A stretch of 64,000 bases of DNA, taken from the human T2T-CHM13v2.0 reference genome, Homo sapiens. Every line of letters begins with the position of its first letter. Within the stretch, counting starts at the first letter, position 1. The stretch is taken from the NCBI RefSeq assembly GCF_009914755.1, contig NC_060937.1; one strand, 5' to 3'. The notes under the pieces were generated by a model. It was not told the DNA's origin. It saw only the letters and a list, made by a program, of their open reading frames with translations, and made no database searches. A program made the translations under genes and the position numbers. This document shows, in pieces, positions 1 to 17,176 of this stretch.

Positions 1-102
1 GTGGCTTAAAAAAACAAAGCCCATTTATCTCAGTTTTTATAGGCCACACAGTATTGCTAGATTCTTCTGCTCCAGGTCTTACAATATAAATAAATAGATA
101 TG

Positions 103-543
<441 letters not shown>

Positions 544-730
544 TCAAATTAAGCTAATTTTAGCCATAGTTTGAGTTTATGATTACACAAGTGTCTTCTG
601 CCATAATAAAACTTACTAACAATGAAAGTATTTTTTTGTGATTTTAGGTGGCAGTGATGCAATCAGGGAATGGAAAAGGACAATTTCTGACAGGATTTAG
701 GTTAATGTTTATTAATATATTTGTAGTTCA

Positions 731-1004
731 AGCCAGGCATGGTGGCTCATGCCTGTAATCCCAACACTTTGGGAGGCCGAGGTGGGAGAATCACTTGAGC
801 CCAAGAGTTTAAGACCAGCCTGGGCAAAATGGCGAAACCCCATCTCTACAAAAAATGAAAAAATTAACTGAGCATCGTGGTGCATGCCTGTAGTCAAAGC
901 TACTCAGGAGGCTGAGGTGGGAGGATCTCTTGAGCGGAGGTTGCAGTAAGCCAAGATCGCACCACTGCACTCCAGTCTGGGTGGCAGAGAAAGACCCTGT
1001 CTCA

Positions 1005-1044
<40 letters not shown>

Positions 1045-1070
1045 AAGAGAGAGAGAAAAAGAAAAAAAAT
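731..1070 (+). mobile_element. AluJ-like
   Basis: Alu consensus with internal deletion, long A-tail; flanking repeat taat(a/t)tatttgtagtt(c/t)aag. Confidence 0.9.
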
Positions 1071-1489
1071 AATAATTTATTTGTAGTTTAAGTTCTACCA
1101 TGGCATTTTCTATGATTGTTAAATCAATAAAATGTTCTTTTTTGTTGTTCATTTTAAAAAATTCATTTTAAAAATTTGATTTCTATCTGCATGGTGTTCT
1201 GGAAGTTTCATTTTTATCTTTAACATAGCCCTATGCTGTATGTGAATGTATTCCTCCCAGATGAGGCTAGAGAGAATTGATCTCCTTTTGGTCACACTGA
1301 TGCCACCCTGGGAAAGGGCTCCCAGACCTCCTGATGTTTAATCTAAGGCTCTTTCCAATCAGACAGAGTCCTTTCTATCTGGGTAGTCTCTGCCTCTACT
1401 GTTCTCTTTCTTCCTCAAACACTGCTCTCTTTTCTCACTAATCATGATATGTCTATCCCCAGATTTGTTTTTATTTACCCAATTTGTAG

Positions 1490-1720
1490 AGGATAGGAGC
1501 TTAGACCATGAAAGTCAAACAGCCTGGGTTTGGGTCCTGACTTGGCTACATCCAGTTATGTGACCTTGGACAAATGGGTTAACCTTTCTAAATCCCAGTT
1601 TCCTCAACAGTCATTGAGAATAACAAGAGTACCTGCCTCATAGGATTATAAGGATTAAATTAAATGTGATAATACACCACAATACCTGCAGTTTAATAAA
1701 AGTGGCAGTTATTCTCCCGA
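1490..1720 (+). mobile_element. MIR
   Basis: tgtgaccttggacaa...cagtttcctca...ggattaaatta core. Confidence 0.75.
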
Positions 1721-3379
1721 GTTTATCATCTCCCTATTTCCAAGTAGCAGTATGTTGCCGATTCCTGAAAGTTTGGGAATTTGGAAGAAGAATGTGGATG
1801 AACTTTATCTTGAGAAAACATTCCATGCTGCTTATCTTTCAGAGATATAGCAAAGATTTATTTCCACTTTTATCTCATATTAATAACTATGACTGGGAAT
1901 AATAAATGAAATTATAATCTGACCATGTTAGGTAAATGTTATTTGCGAAAGAAGAGCTATTTAATGATATGAAAGTCATCACAATCACATGGCATATGTT
2001 AACCTTTCAAAGCATGCTGTTCAAATGACTGTTTTCTTTAAATTTTAATGAAGATTAGGCTAACTCTTAAATGAGTCACAATTTTAAAGAAATTTTTGTA
2101 CTGGTATTGTTAAAACTTCTTATGGAAGTTTGCTAGAGAAAGTAGCATGTGTTTTTTATTTGTTTGTTTGAAGTAGAAAGAAATACATAGGTAATTTAAT
2201 TCATTTATTTAACCACCCATAACATTTTCTGGGGGCAGTCTGTAGGTGTGTGTGAAATTTCATGGGTACGGCACACCCACATGGGCTTACTCGGTTGATG
2301 AAACACAGGCACCCTCTGGTAACACTTATATTTAGAACTAAATGATCACTGGAAGAAAAAGGGATTTTAGTTCAGGGGTCCCTTTCCACAGCAGATGTGA
2401 GTAAAGTTTATTAGCATTAGATTATGATTCTTTCTACGAGGGTTTAAAAGGTCTACATAAAAAGACACCAATAAACATGAGAACATACTCTTATGGCACA
2501 TCAAATATCAGAAATTATGCATTCATAATATAATTGAAATGAGCAGAGTGGGTTTTAGTGGTACAGAACAAAATGTTCTTAAGAATTCCTTTAATGTTTC
2601 CTTTCTATTTATTCTGCTTTTCCCTTAGCTTCCTCTCAGTTAATACAGTTTACTTCATCTCTCTCTTAGAGGGAGATCACATCCTTTGAACTTAAAAAGC
2701 TGTCAGTTTATTTTTCTCCATTAATCTATCAATATTTACTTACAAAGGCAATAACTAAAAGCTACTTTCTTTTCATATCACTTGTGAATGCACACACACA
2801 AAAGGTATTTAGATTATCACCTGAATAATCACTGACAAGTAAGTTGCCTACCTTATTTGATATTTGTTGTAACTGTTATATTTCTGTTCTGAATGCTTTA
2901 TGTCTGATAACTCATTCAATTCTTTATATGAATCCTAGAGTGCAAGAATTATTGTGATTCCCATTTGATAGATGAAGAATCTGAAACAGAGAGGCTAACA
3001 TCTAATAATATAATGACTAGAATCTGAACCTGTCCACATCATCTGGCCTCAATTTCTATCTTCGTGACTTTGCTATGCTGCGTCTTTATTGTGGAGTTTT
3101 AAATAAATGTGGTTTAGGTAGTATTCCTCTAACTGGTTATTACATGTTCAGTTGTTTTTTCTACAAGTCAAGCAGAGTCTTATGCTGCATCACCAGATGA
3201 ATAGCAAGCACTTGCTGGTCAGACTACAAATTTAGAATATTTCATTGTATTTTGGCACTGTACTTTAAAGAGAAATGTTGACTAAAGAGCTCACAGAGGA
3301 TGGTAACCATTATTATAAAAAAGGTCTGGGAATCCTGGGATTGATTGGCATTTCAGGGCACTCTTTATTTTAAAAATTT

Positions 3380-3600
3380 GGAAAAATGTGACAAATGTAT
3401 TTTTAATATTTGAGGCGTTATCATATAGGAGAGGCTGTAGACAGGTTTTGTGTTACTGCAGTGCGCAGGACCTGTGGTTGAATTCGTGGAGGAATAATTC
3501 AAGCTCAGTATAACAGAGAACTTTCTAACTTGAGTCATCTGATAGAACAGGCCCCTTGTGAGGTAATAGCTCTTCCCATTATTAGAAATCTTTAGTCATC
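3380..3600 (+). mobile_element. L3/CR1 3' fragment
   Basis: gaactttctaac...ccttgtgaggtaatagctcttcccatta resembles the CR1 3' end. Confidence 0.5.
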
Positions 3601-3602
3601 TC

Positions 3603-3685
3603 ATTCCCTGTGAGCTGAAAGGGGCCTTCAAGAAGAGAGTTCTCAGAGCAGACTCAGCTTTAGGTGCTGAAATGAATTTCTCAAG
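3603..3685 (+). promoter_or_regulatory. Candidate internal promoter / alternative first exon (MIR-derived)
   Basis: Inr-like TCATTCC at 3601-3607, AP-1 TGAGTCA at 3531-3537, donor-like AAG|gttaga at 3685/3686; motif-based only. Confidence 0.35.
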
Positions 3686-6436
3686 GTTAGATGGCTAATA
3701 GCAGGGCACAGCTAATATGGAATTCAGGGCTCTCAGCTCTTGATGTTTGTTGGGAATAGGCAAAGAAGAGTGGATTTAGAGACTGCTGGGCACTATGCTA
3801 GACACTTTACATATGGAGGCCCATTATACCACACAGCAAGAGCTAAATGACCATCTTTCTAGAATGCAGTTGGGGAGTTCTTTGCACAGTGTGTGCATGT
3901 GAGGGGGTGAGGAGAGATGGTGGAAACTGAAATTTCCTTGCAGATGCAAAGACTGTGTCTTCTTTACCACTGAATCCTCAAGGCTAACACAGTGCCTGGC
4001 ACAGAGGGAAAGCTAATAAATATTTGTTGAATAAATGAAGGGATATATCCTTGTTGGATGAATGAATTAGTGACATTTGTAAACTGTAGTGGGTTTTTTT
4101 GGACAAAAAGTATTAGGTCATGTTTTGGCTTAGAGAACAGTTTTCTAATCCCTCCCTATGATATTGGTTTATATATATTATACCCATAAATTCTTGCACC
4201 CTCATTGAAATATTTATGTAATGACTTGACTATTTTATACCATGTTTACAAACATGATTCTTGCCTTTTATTAATCATTGCAGTGGTCCCACCTTTGCTT
4301 ACATAATTTTTAGATGACTGATAGCAGCAAACCTCATATTTTAACATTTATATTAGTTAAAATATTTTATAGCACTCTAAAATGATGCCATATTAATGCA
4401 ATTTAAGTGGTTGTGTTTTTTGCCTTTTAAAACTGATTTAAGTACAATTTAGATGGCTTTATACTCTGAAAGCTGATAATTTATGTTAAGTTTAAAATTC
4501 ATATTCCTTTTTCTATCTTAGAAATTAGGGGCTTTTAGAAATGAAATATCTTATCTTTGTTTCTGTGGGTGTTTCATATTTATCTTTTTATTTAGTGATA
4601 TAGCATCTTTTCCAAGACTAACCCAGAGAAATAGCTCTTAAGGTTATTATTGGCTTCCTCACACCAAAGTCTTAGGGCGTAAGAAACCATTGGTCCTTTT
4701 GTAGCTAGACGAAAATCTTGGGGTGAAGATAAGGTGTGGAAGAAGAACAGAACCGGTGTCTCCACCTTCACTAGTAGCCTTCCAGAAATCTTTCAAATGG
4801 GCTTTCTAAAGTAAGGCAAGACCCAGTGAGCATGTCCTCGGTTCTTCTGCCAACTCTGGAGCTCTGGGAACCTAGGACTTGCTTGCAAAACCAGACCAGG
4901 GGAGTCCCAGGACATAGATCAGTTTCATCAAAGGGTCCGAGGTGGTTAATAGACACTATCAATAGGTTGGGAGAGGGCACTTGTCATCCAAAGAGCTGTG
5001 TCGGACTTTCAGTCAGGGTGTCATGATCATTTGCCGTGCCTGGTGTTACCATGTTCCCCTTGCCCTTACTGAAGATCCATGACTCGGAAAACATAGTGCT
5101 CCTGCTCAGTAACCTTCAACCTGCTGCCTCTAGTACTTTTTCTGTCCTAGTCTGTTGCACAGCAGCCCACTCCCCATCTATCTGTCCACTTCCAGGACTG
5201 CCCTTAGAATTCATTCATTCATTTATTTAACAAATATTTATCGAAGAGTTCATTATATATAGCAGGCATTTGTGCTAGATTTTGGATATACAGTGCTAAA
5301 TAAAAAAAATTGGCCACTGAGTACCAAATTTTTAAAAAGTTTTTGCTTGAATTTAAACAAATTTAAAGGCTATGCTGCCTGCCTTCAGGGATAGGTCCCT
5401 GTCTTTAAAGTATGTGGCCTTGTGAATAGGATTATTTGGATACCAAAAACGAGGAACTCGCCTCCCAACTGGGACTGGAAACTGTGCCATCATAGGGGCC
5501 CAGGTTATAGGAAGGAGGGGACGGAATTACAATCTTCTTAGAACTTGAGGCCCAGACCATTCAGGATTCCATAAACAAACTTCTGTGAGACTAGTTCATC
5601 TGCTCTTCTCCACAAACATGCCCCCCTCCCAGTATTTCTGAGGCCAAACCCTGGCCACTGTGTAGAACTTTTTATCCCTGAGTCTGAATATCCATGTTTT
5701 ATGAAGCTGATTTCCTAGGTGGCCTTTAGCCTTTGGCACCTTGTGGATTGCCAGTGGCAGACTGCTGTCACATGAAAAGCTTGGCCAGTTATAACCTTGT
5801 ATCATGGAGGACTGACCTTCCCAGTGTGTGTGCCATGTTGTAGCTCCCAGTGCATGGCCACGTGCTGTGCCGCCTCCTGGTCTTGGGGCTGGTTATAAAT
5901 CTGCAGTTCACTCATGTGTTCCTATACAAGGCCTTTTACAGACTCCAAATAGATGGTCCTGAGCTGATACTGTCATTGTCACCATGATCCTGGAGACACA
6001 GCCTGTAGCTGTGTGGAAGTAAACTTCTAAAACCTGTCTCTTCTGAGAGTTACTGCATGAAAACAGGCAAGGATGGGTCAAGTTTTGGACCAGCAGCCCA
6101 AGTTCCACCAACCACTCTGTTATACAGAGGCTTCTAAGCTATGCAGAGTGCTATGAAGGGTTTATTCTTCTTTTGCCCACCTGACTGATATACTGATGTA
6201 CTTTTTGAAGAAGGGCAATGGAATTTACCTAGACGTCACTGTGGTCTTGATGTGGCTGAAGTGTTTTGTTGAAGGCTCTTTAGTCCTGTACTCATTTAGA
6301 TTGACTCTCACTTCTGGTCCCTTTTTGTGGTGCAGACTAAAGCCTCAAACTCTGTAAAAGACAATGGCTTGTCTCATGTAAGTATGTGGAATAGGGGCCT
6401 AATATGGGAAAATAAGCTACTGGCAGTAAAAAAATT

Positions 6437-9630
<3,194 letters not shown>

Positions 9631-9967
9631 TAACCATCTCATTGAAACAGCAGAGCTCTGAAGAGTTTTAATATCTTGACAGTTCTATCCTGGCTAGCAT
9701 GATGGAGTTCTGTTTGCTGAAATTTTTTATGTTCCATAACCTCCTTGAAAGCCAGAATCTTTGGTGTTAACTACAGTTTCTTAACTATACCTGTTAAGAA
9801 ATAAGGTATAGTAGGGAGGCATGGTGCTCAAACTCTCTGGAAAATCCCAGAGATGTTTGCAACCCTATGCCTCGTGAACAACCCAAGCCTGGTGAAGTCC
9901 TGAATCACCCTAAGAGGCCCCCAGTGATGTGCACGAAAATCTTAGGGTGAAGGTAAGGGGTTCAGTG

Positions 9968-10274
9968 GGCCAGACCCGGTGGCTCACGCCTGTAATCCTA
10001 GCATGTTGGGAGGCCGAGGTGGGTGGATCACCTGAGGCCTGGAGTTAGAGACCAGCCTGGCCAACATGGTGAAACCCCTTCTCTACTAAAAATACAAAAA
10101 TGGGCAGGGCATGGTGGCGCGTGCCTGTAATTCCAGCTACTCAGGAGGCAGAGACAGGAGAATTGCTTGAACCCTGGAGGCAGAGATTGAGCTGGGATCG
10201 TGCCACTGCACTCTTGCTTGGGTGGTAGAGTGAGACTGTGTCTCAAAAAAAAAAAAAAGAAAGAAAGAAAAGAA
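9968..10274 (+). mobile_element. AluS
   Basis: Full dimer with A-tail; TSD aaggggttc. Confidence 0.92.
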
Positions 10275-11999
10275 AGGGGTTCCATGTCCATCACACGTGG
10301 TCTTATTGACAACTCCAGAATTGGGCTTTACATCCTGTATGAAATGCTTTAAAAATATGAACACATTGTTATACCTCACAGATTTTGGTTCCATTAGACA
10401 GTAAAATCACAGTAACCAAGTAAAAGCCCACCCTTTTAAATAGGATTTAGTCTAGCCTGGCCATTCCTAGTGAATCCTTATTACCTTCAAGTGAGAAGAA
10501 AGCTCACCTAGAACAGTGTTGCAGCTAGCAGTGATTAAAGTGCTTGTGCCATGGCATTGATTCTTGCGGTCACTAGGTTGATTGTCTTTAATGGATGAGA
10601 GAGGATTAGCAATTTTGATTCCCCTTTGCATTTTAGTCTTACGTAAGGATTTAATTTCCAACAAGAAAATCATGAAATTAGTTTCTGGCAAAAAGAGATT
10701 TTCTATTTACTGGTTTCTGCCTTACACATTTTTGTGGTCTCAGGATCCAGTTTAAGCTTCGCTGAGCCCAAATCTCAATTTATGAAGGCAAAAGTAGGTT
10801 TGTACTTAAGAGAGACAAATGACAATCTAGTCAGCAACAGATAAGGGAAGTCAGAAGCAAGATCTTCCTGTTGACAACAGATAGGTTGAGTGTTATCTAG
10901 TTGGAGATTTTATTTTTTAGTTGTTTATTTTGTCGGTTGCCACAGGTTGAGACTTGCTGGTAGCACATCTAAGGTCTTTGGGACAATCCTGGAACTCAGG
11001 GTTGAGGTGGAGGGTTGGCCAGCTGTCAGGATGCTCTCGGAACCTTCTGGTAAGCTGCTCCCACTGAGATGGAACTCAAGGCAGAAGTTAGTCTTTGTAT
11101 CTTGGAAATAAACAGATTAGTAGTAAGAAACTATTAAAGAGAGCTGACATCTTAGAAGGTGTGGCTACACAACAGCCCTGGCCCTTGACATCAGGACTTG
11201 GTAAGGCCAAGACATCAGCGATGTCTTCCACTGATCCAAACACCAGGCAATGCCTAGTGATGTAGTTTTTTGGAATCAGTTGGTAGGGTTTCTTGTTGGT
11301 AGGGGATGCTTTGACATACTTCATTAATGCTTTGTAATAATCTAGCATAACACTATTTAGTATGAAATGTCTGACAGTAGTTAGCTACTGGGGGAGTAAC
11401 TAGCAGCCACATAGGCCTAATTTTTCAAGTGGCAAGAGTCACAGCATTCTGTGTTATAGATCTCATGTTTGTAAGAGCAGTAGGCTGAGTGTTTGGCCTT
11501 TGTGGTCTGGTTTCTGCACAAATTTTGGTCATTTTATTTTTCAAAATTCCGCCAGTAAAGGGTGCTAATAATAACTAATTTTTCCCAATTACTCAACAAT
11601 ATTATTAGAGCTGCCCCATTTGTTAGAACCATAATGTGAGAAAAGCTGTCAGTACAAAGCAGTTAATCCTTTTCCCTTTGGAGCCTTTGTAAGAGTTCAG
11701 ATTCTGGGGAGGCTTTTTTTTTTTTTTTTTGTACAGGTAAAGTATTCATATGAATATACTTTAGATTGCATGGACCTTTTTAGGAAAATGTAGAATCTTG
11801 TCCACCAGCAAGGACAGACGTGACTATCCTCAAAATGACTGTAGATAAACTTCTAAAAGGCGTTTACCTGAAGTTTAACACAATATCAGGACACACACTT
11901 TATAGGACAGAGTGTAAAGAAAGGTTTTCAAGTCTTTAGATTCATCAGTGCCTTCACTACTATCATTATCTGGAATCAGCAGGCGTACTGAAGTGTGCC

Positions 12000-12480
12000 A
12001 TTTATGTGTACAAAGACATGTATACAAGGATATGATTGCACATTGTAATAGCAAAAGATTGGAAACAACCCAAATGCACAAGTTAGAGACCCGTTGGAGT
12101 AGATTGTGAAATATATCATGCAATAGAATGTTATGCAGCCATTAAAAAGATGAATGAGTTCTGTCTGTAACAATACATACCAAACTTCAAGTTTTATTCA
12201 GTAGGAAAAGCCAGATGGGAAACAGTGTGAATTGTAAGATGTTACTCTGTGTGTGTTTGTGTGTGTGCACACATGCATGCATTTAAACCTCAACAGAGCA
12301 TATAGTTGTTGTATATGGATAGAATATCCCTGGAGAGAAATACAAGAAGATAAATAGTTGCCTTCAGTAAAGGAAGTCAGTAGCTGGGGGCAGGCTTAGG
12401 AGGGATATGTGCTTTTCATTCTAAATACATTTTGAATTTTGTATCATAAATGTTTATTGCCTATTCAGAATTTTAAAAAA
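12000..12480 (+). mobile_element. Old L1M(E) 3' fragment
   Basis: gtaatagcaaaagattggaaacaacccaaatg...atgcagccattaaaaaga. Confidence 0.65.
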
Positions 12481-14503
12481 TGCTACATGGGACCCACCTT
12501 CTGGAATGCATTTGATAGGAGTGATGGATTCAGCAGGAAGACCACCTTAGACACTGTCAGGATGTTCAGGGAAACCAGGATAAGGACATAGATTAGCTTG
12601 TCTGCACTGGGAAGGAAGGAAGGGCTAGATGAGAGACTTTGTGCACAAGGACTGGAGAGCTGTGTGGCCGAAGGGAGGGGAGAAGGAGAGGAGGAAGTGA
12701 ATGTGGAGTTACTGATTTGGGGAGGATTGGTATATAAATGATGCCTTTAATTAAGAGTTGAAAATGGGAATAAAAGCAGGTTGGTAGTGGGGGTTGTGAA
12801 AAGAAGACTTCAGGTCCAGACATGGTGAATTTGAAGTGATGTGAGATACCCTGGTGATGTCTTGCAGTCAATTCAGAGAACAGCTTTAAACACTATTAAA
12901 ATGGCTTAAAGTACTTTTTTGGTATCATTTTCATAGTTCTTTTGAAGTTTTTAGCATACTCAAATATCTTTTCCATTCCTTAAGTATGATTATGGTGTAA
13001 TGGAAAATTTAGGTTTTAAAAATATTTTAGTTTTGTGGTGACCAATACAAAACAAGATAATTATTTTGTTTTGAAATTTCCCATTACATATGTGTCTTGT
13101 ACAAAGCCATTTACCGTTATAAACTAAAAGAGCTTGTGCCAAGGGAATGAGACTAATGGATTGTTCCAATCTCTGGTACAGTCGGAAAATATTAAATGAA
13201 TGGTAAAACATTTAATGTGTCCATTAACTAATACTGCTAATTTACAGTGGGAGTGTGTGTGAAAGCCTACATAAATAATTTCTGAAGTCACTGTGATCCC
13301 TGTAATTACAATTAATACTGAAAAAACTTCTCAATTTCCCATGTGCGTTGTAATAGTTCCAAAACAATGCCCTGTGTTAATATATATCTTGTAAATATTT
13401 TGTTCTCGGAAGGTGCCTGGCTTACATAGACTTGCCTATGTGAGTGAATGAAGTCATTATTACTATTATTATTACTAGCCAGCACTTTCGCATTTCCTTT
13501 CTTGCTCACCATTTAAAAATGCATAGTAAGGTATAAGGCTGAGATGCAACTGTGCAGCAGCCCTCAATATTGTTCTTAAGGGGAGAAAAAGTGAGCAGCA
13601 CGTGCAGTCTTTTCTGCCTGTCCTTTCAGGATAATGTCAGTAAATTCTTTGCCAATCCTTCATTCTCTCGTAGATGGCTAGGGAGGAAGGCAGATATAGT
13701 TTCAAATCTTACCTACACATCGTGACCTTGGACAAGTTGCAAACCTTTCTAAGCCTTAGGGTCCTCCCAGCAAAGGACTGCTTGCCACTCTTTGAATTAT
13801 GTGGATGAAATGAGATGATATACCTGGCCTGTTATAATTACTCCATAAATGGTAAATCTTAGTATTTTGGACTTGTGAAATGATTTCAACTCCAAACATG
13901 AATAATGGAGTCATCTAAACCCTCCCTCACGGTCACTCCTCACAATGAGTTAGCAAGTCCCATGAATTCTACCTCCTAAAAATCTATGGAATCCTTTTTT
14001 ATCTCTGTCAGCTGCTGAAATCTTCATGGAGTGCTCCTATGCACAGCAGCCTCACTGCACCCCTAACTCATGCCCTGCCATGCCTTTCCTGCCATTTAAT
14101 AAGAGTCTCCCACCACGGCTTTCCACTACCAAGTGGACCATCTACACTGCTGCCCTGCCAGTTATCTTCCTAAAATGAGTATCTGGTTTGTGTCTCTTCC
14201 TGGCTTAAACCCCTTTAGTAACCGTGCTCTGTCACTTTTAGGATCAAATCTGTACTCTTTGGTGTGGTTAAAAGGTTCCTCATAATTGCCCCTCTGCTTT
14301 TATTTTCCATTTGCAGCCCATGGTTGTCACATCACGCTGTTTATAATGCCCAGCCCCTGCCTGATCTCTCTTCTTCAATGTGCTCATGTGTCCCTTGGCT
14401 TACAGTATCCATGCCTTCTCCTTCTCCCTCCTTGTGGCTTCTTCCCCGCCGACATACACAGGAAACCTTACTTGGCCTTCCCACCCACAACCCCGCCCGC
14501 CCC

Positions 14504-14790
14504 TTCTTTTTTTTTTTTTTTTTTTTTGAGACAAGTCTCACTCTTGGCTGGGCTGGAATGCAGTGGCGTGATCATAGCTCACTGTAGCCTCAATCTCCTG
14601 GGCTCAGGTGATCCTCCTGCTCCGGCTTTCCCAGGCATATGCCACCATGCTAGGCTAATTTTTGAGTTTTTGTAGAGATGGGGTCTTGTGATATTGCCCA
14701 GGCTGGTCTCAAACTTCTGGCCTCAAGTAGTCTTCCCACGTTGGCCTCCTAAATTGATGGGATTACAGACATGAGGCATCGCTCCTGACC
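14504..14790 (-). mobile_element. AluJ, within L2 relic sequence (~13870-15130)
   Basis: poly-T + gagacaagtctc...; flanks show L2 hallmarks ending aatgaatgaa. Confidence 0.88.
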
Positions 14791-16679
14791 TCTTCCTCCC
14801 TTCTTATTTGAGTATCTTCTTCCCCGACAAAGCATTCTCAGATCCTCTAGTCTTGGTTAGTTTCCCCTTCACTGTGTTCTCATTGCATCCCAGATGTTGA
14901 AAGCATAAATACAGTTCAGATCACGAAGGGTCTTGTAAGCCATGCCAAGTGGTTTAGAAGATGACAGGAACCTACTCCACTGAAATTAGTTTCACTTATC
15001 TGTGTTTCCCCATTGGACTGTGAGCTCTCTGAGTGAAAGGACTGGGTATTTCATTTCTGTTTCCTGGAGGCTGCAACATTGTTTGGCAGAAAATAGGAAT
15101 ACTTTGTATTTTCTAATGAATGAACGGATGGATTCAAATGGAGAGTGTAAGTTTTAAACTATCACAATAGGTGACCTTCTGCACTTTGCTCACAACCTTA
15201 TAGCTTATCTAACCCTTCACCTTTGCCCATCACTGAAAACATTAACATACTCTGTTGTTGGATTGTCTTTTAGAATAAAGTCACAAAACAGACATGAAGT
15301 GGGTGCAGCAAATCAAATGTTAATATGTAAGTGGAGAAAAGTGCTATAAAGATAAGAATAGCATGTCGTGATGGAGAATAAAAGGGGAGACCTTAGATAA
15401 ACTTATAAGGGAAAACCAGAAAACTCTTATTTTTCAAACACTTGTTTATTGAACTCACAAGGAGCTCACAAACTTGGAGACACTAGGCAAACTACATAGA
15501 ATTATGCTGCAGATTTGTGTGGCTTGCGTGTCAGTTTTGAGTTCTTTTATTTACCTTGTAAAATATGCTTGCTTTATATTGGCAGTGTAGTATTAATTGA
15601 CTTTAGTCTGTTCTTAGAGTACTAAGTACTTTTTAGATTTTTAAAACCAATTTTAGTAATAAGACATAGCTATGTATTATATAGTGAAATGAAATTATGC
15701 TTAATTATTTTAAAAATTATGATAGGAAAAATAATTTTGTTATTGGTAATCTGAAACTTTCTTTCCATATCTTAACCTTTTTATTTCTGTTGAACAGTTG
15801 TTTTTTATGACCTTTGAAATCTTAGAGTTCCATATAACAAAATATGGCAAAATGGATTGTGCCCTAGACAGGGTTCCATGGACTACGTGGAGGAGCCTGA
15901 GAAATAGGCACTATTTGTCTAGTATAACAGGAGAAAGAGGTTGTGATTTAAAGCTGAAAGACCTGACTACATCTTCTGCCTGCGTGACTTACCAAGTTTG
16001 CAATTTTAAAAAAGTTACATTTCTTTTTACCTCTTATATACACCAGTTACATGGAAGATTAAATGAGATGGTGAATATGATCATATTGATAGCAAAGCAC
16101 TTTGAAAATGTAAGATGCTGCGGAAGTAATCCTTCTGTTTATTTATCAAAATCAGAGCCCCATTAAGTGTCCTGTGTTTAATGAGCTTAATTATTAGTTC
16201 TTTTGGTTGTTTGTAACCATAGATATTAATTGATATTATTGAAATTACGAATATAAGAGAATAGATTTCAGGTATTATTGATTTACCAGTTTATTACAAT
16301 ATCAAAATTTGTAATTATTTTTTTTATGGGTGTGGTAGGCTGAATAATGGACCCCCAAAGATGTTCACATCCTAATCCCTGGAACTTACAGAATGAGTGG
16401 CACGTTACCTGGCAAAAGAAACTTTGTAATTGTGATCATGTGATCTTCATATGAGATGATCCTGGATTATCTAGGTGGGCCCAGTGCAATAAGAGGGAAG
16501 CAAGAGGAATCAGAGAGTCAGAGAAGGTGTGACTATGAAGGCAAGAGGTTGGAGAGATGCAAGGAAGGGGCTGCAAGCGGAGGAAGGTAGGCAGACCCTG
16601 GAAGCTGAGAAGGGCAAAGACATGGATTCTCCTCTAGAGTCGAGAGTCTCTGGAAGGAATGGAGCCCTCCCAACATCTT

Positions 16680-17040
16680 TATTTTATTTTATTCATTTTT
16701 AAAAATAGATTTAGAGGGTACAGGAGCAGCTTTATTACATGGATATATTGCATAGTGGTGAAGTCTGGATTTTTAGTGTAACCATCACCTGAATAGTGCA
16801 CATTGTGCAAATTAAGTAATTTATCATCAGTCACCTCCCTTCCACCCTTTAGAGTCTCCAGTGTCCATTATTCCACACTATGTCCATGTGTACACATTAT
16901 TTAACTCCCACGTATAAGTGAGGACATGTGGTACTTCTGCTTCTGAGTTATTTCGCTGAAGATTAATGGCTTCTAGTTCCATCCATTATTCTGCAGAAGA
17001 CATGATTTTATTCTTTTTTGTGACTGAGTAGTATTCCATG

Positions 17041-17071
<31 letters not shown>

Positions 17072-17135
17072 CACATGTATATATATACACGTGTATATAT
17101 ATATACACGTGTATATATGTAGTTTCACTTATATG

Positions 17136-17176
<41 letters not shown>

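Noticed and set aside
11088-11348. 86-aa ORF with an SH3-like IPKNYI motif
   Set aside because: No other SH3 motifs, exon signals or retrocopy hallmarks; likely chance
15798-16166. 122-aa ORF after an acceptor-like aacag
   Set aside because: No recognisable protein; includes MIR-like sequence; not needed for the DGKH frame
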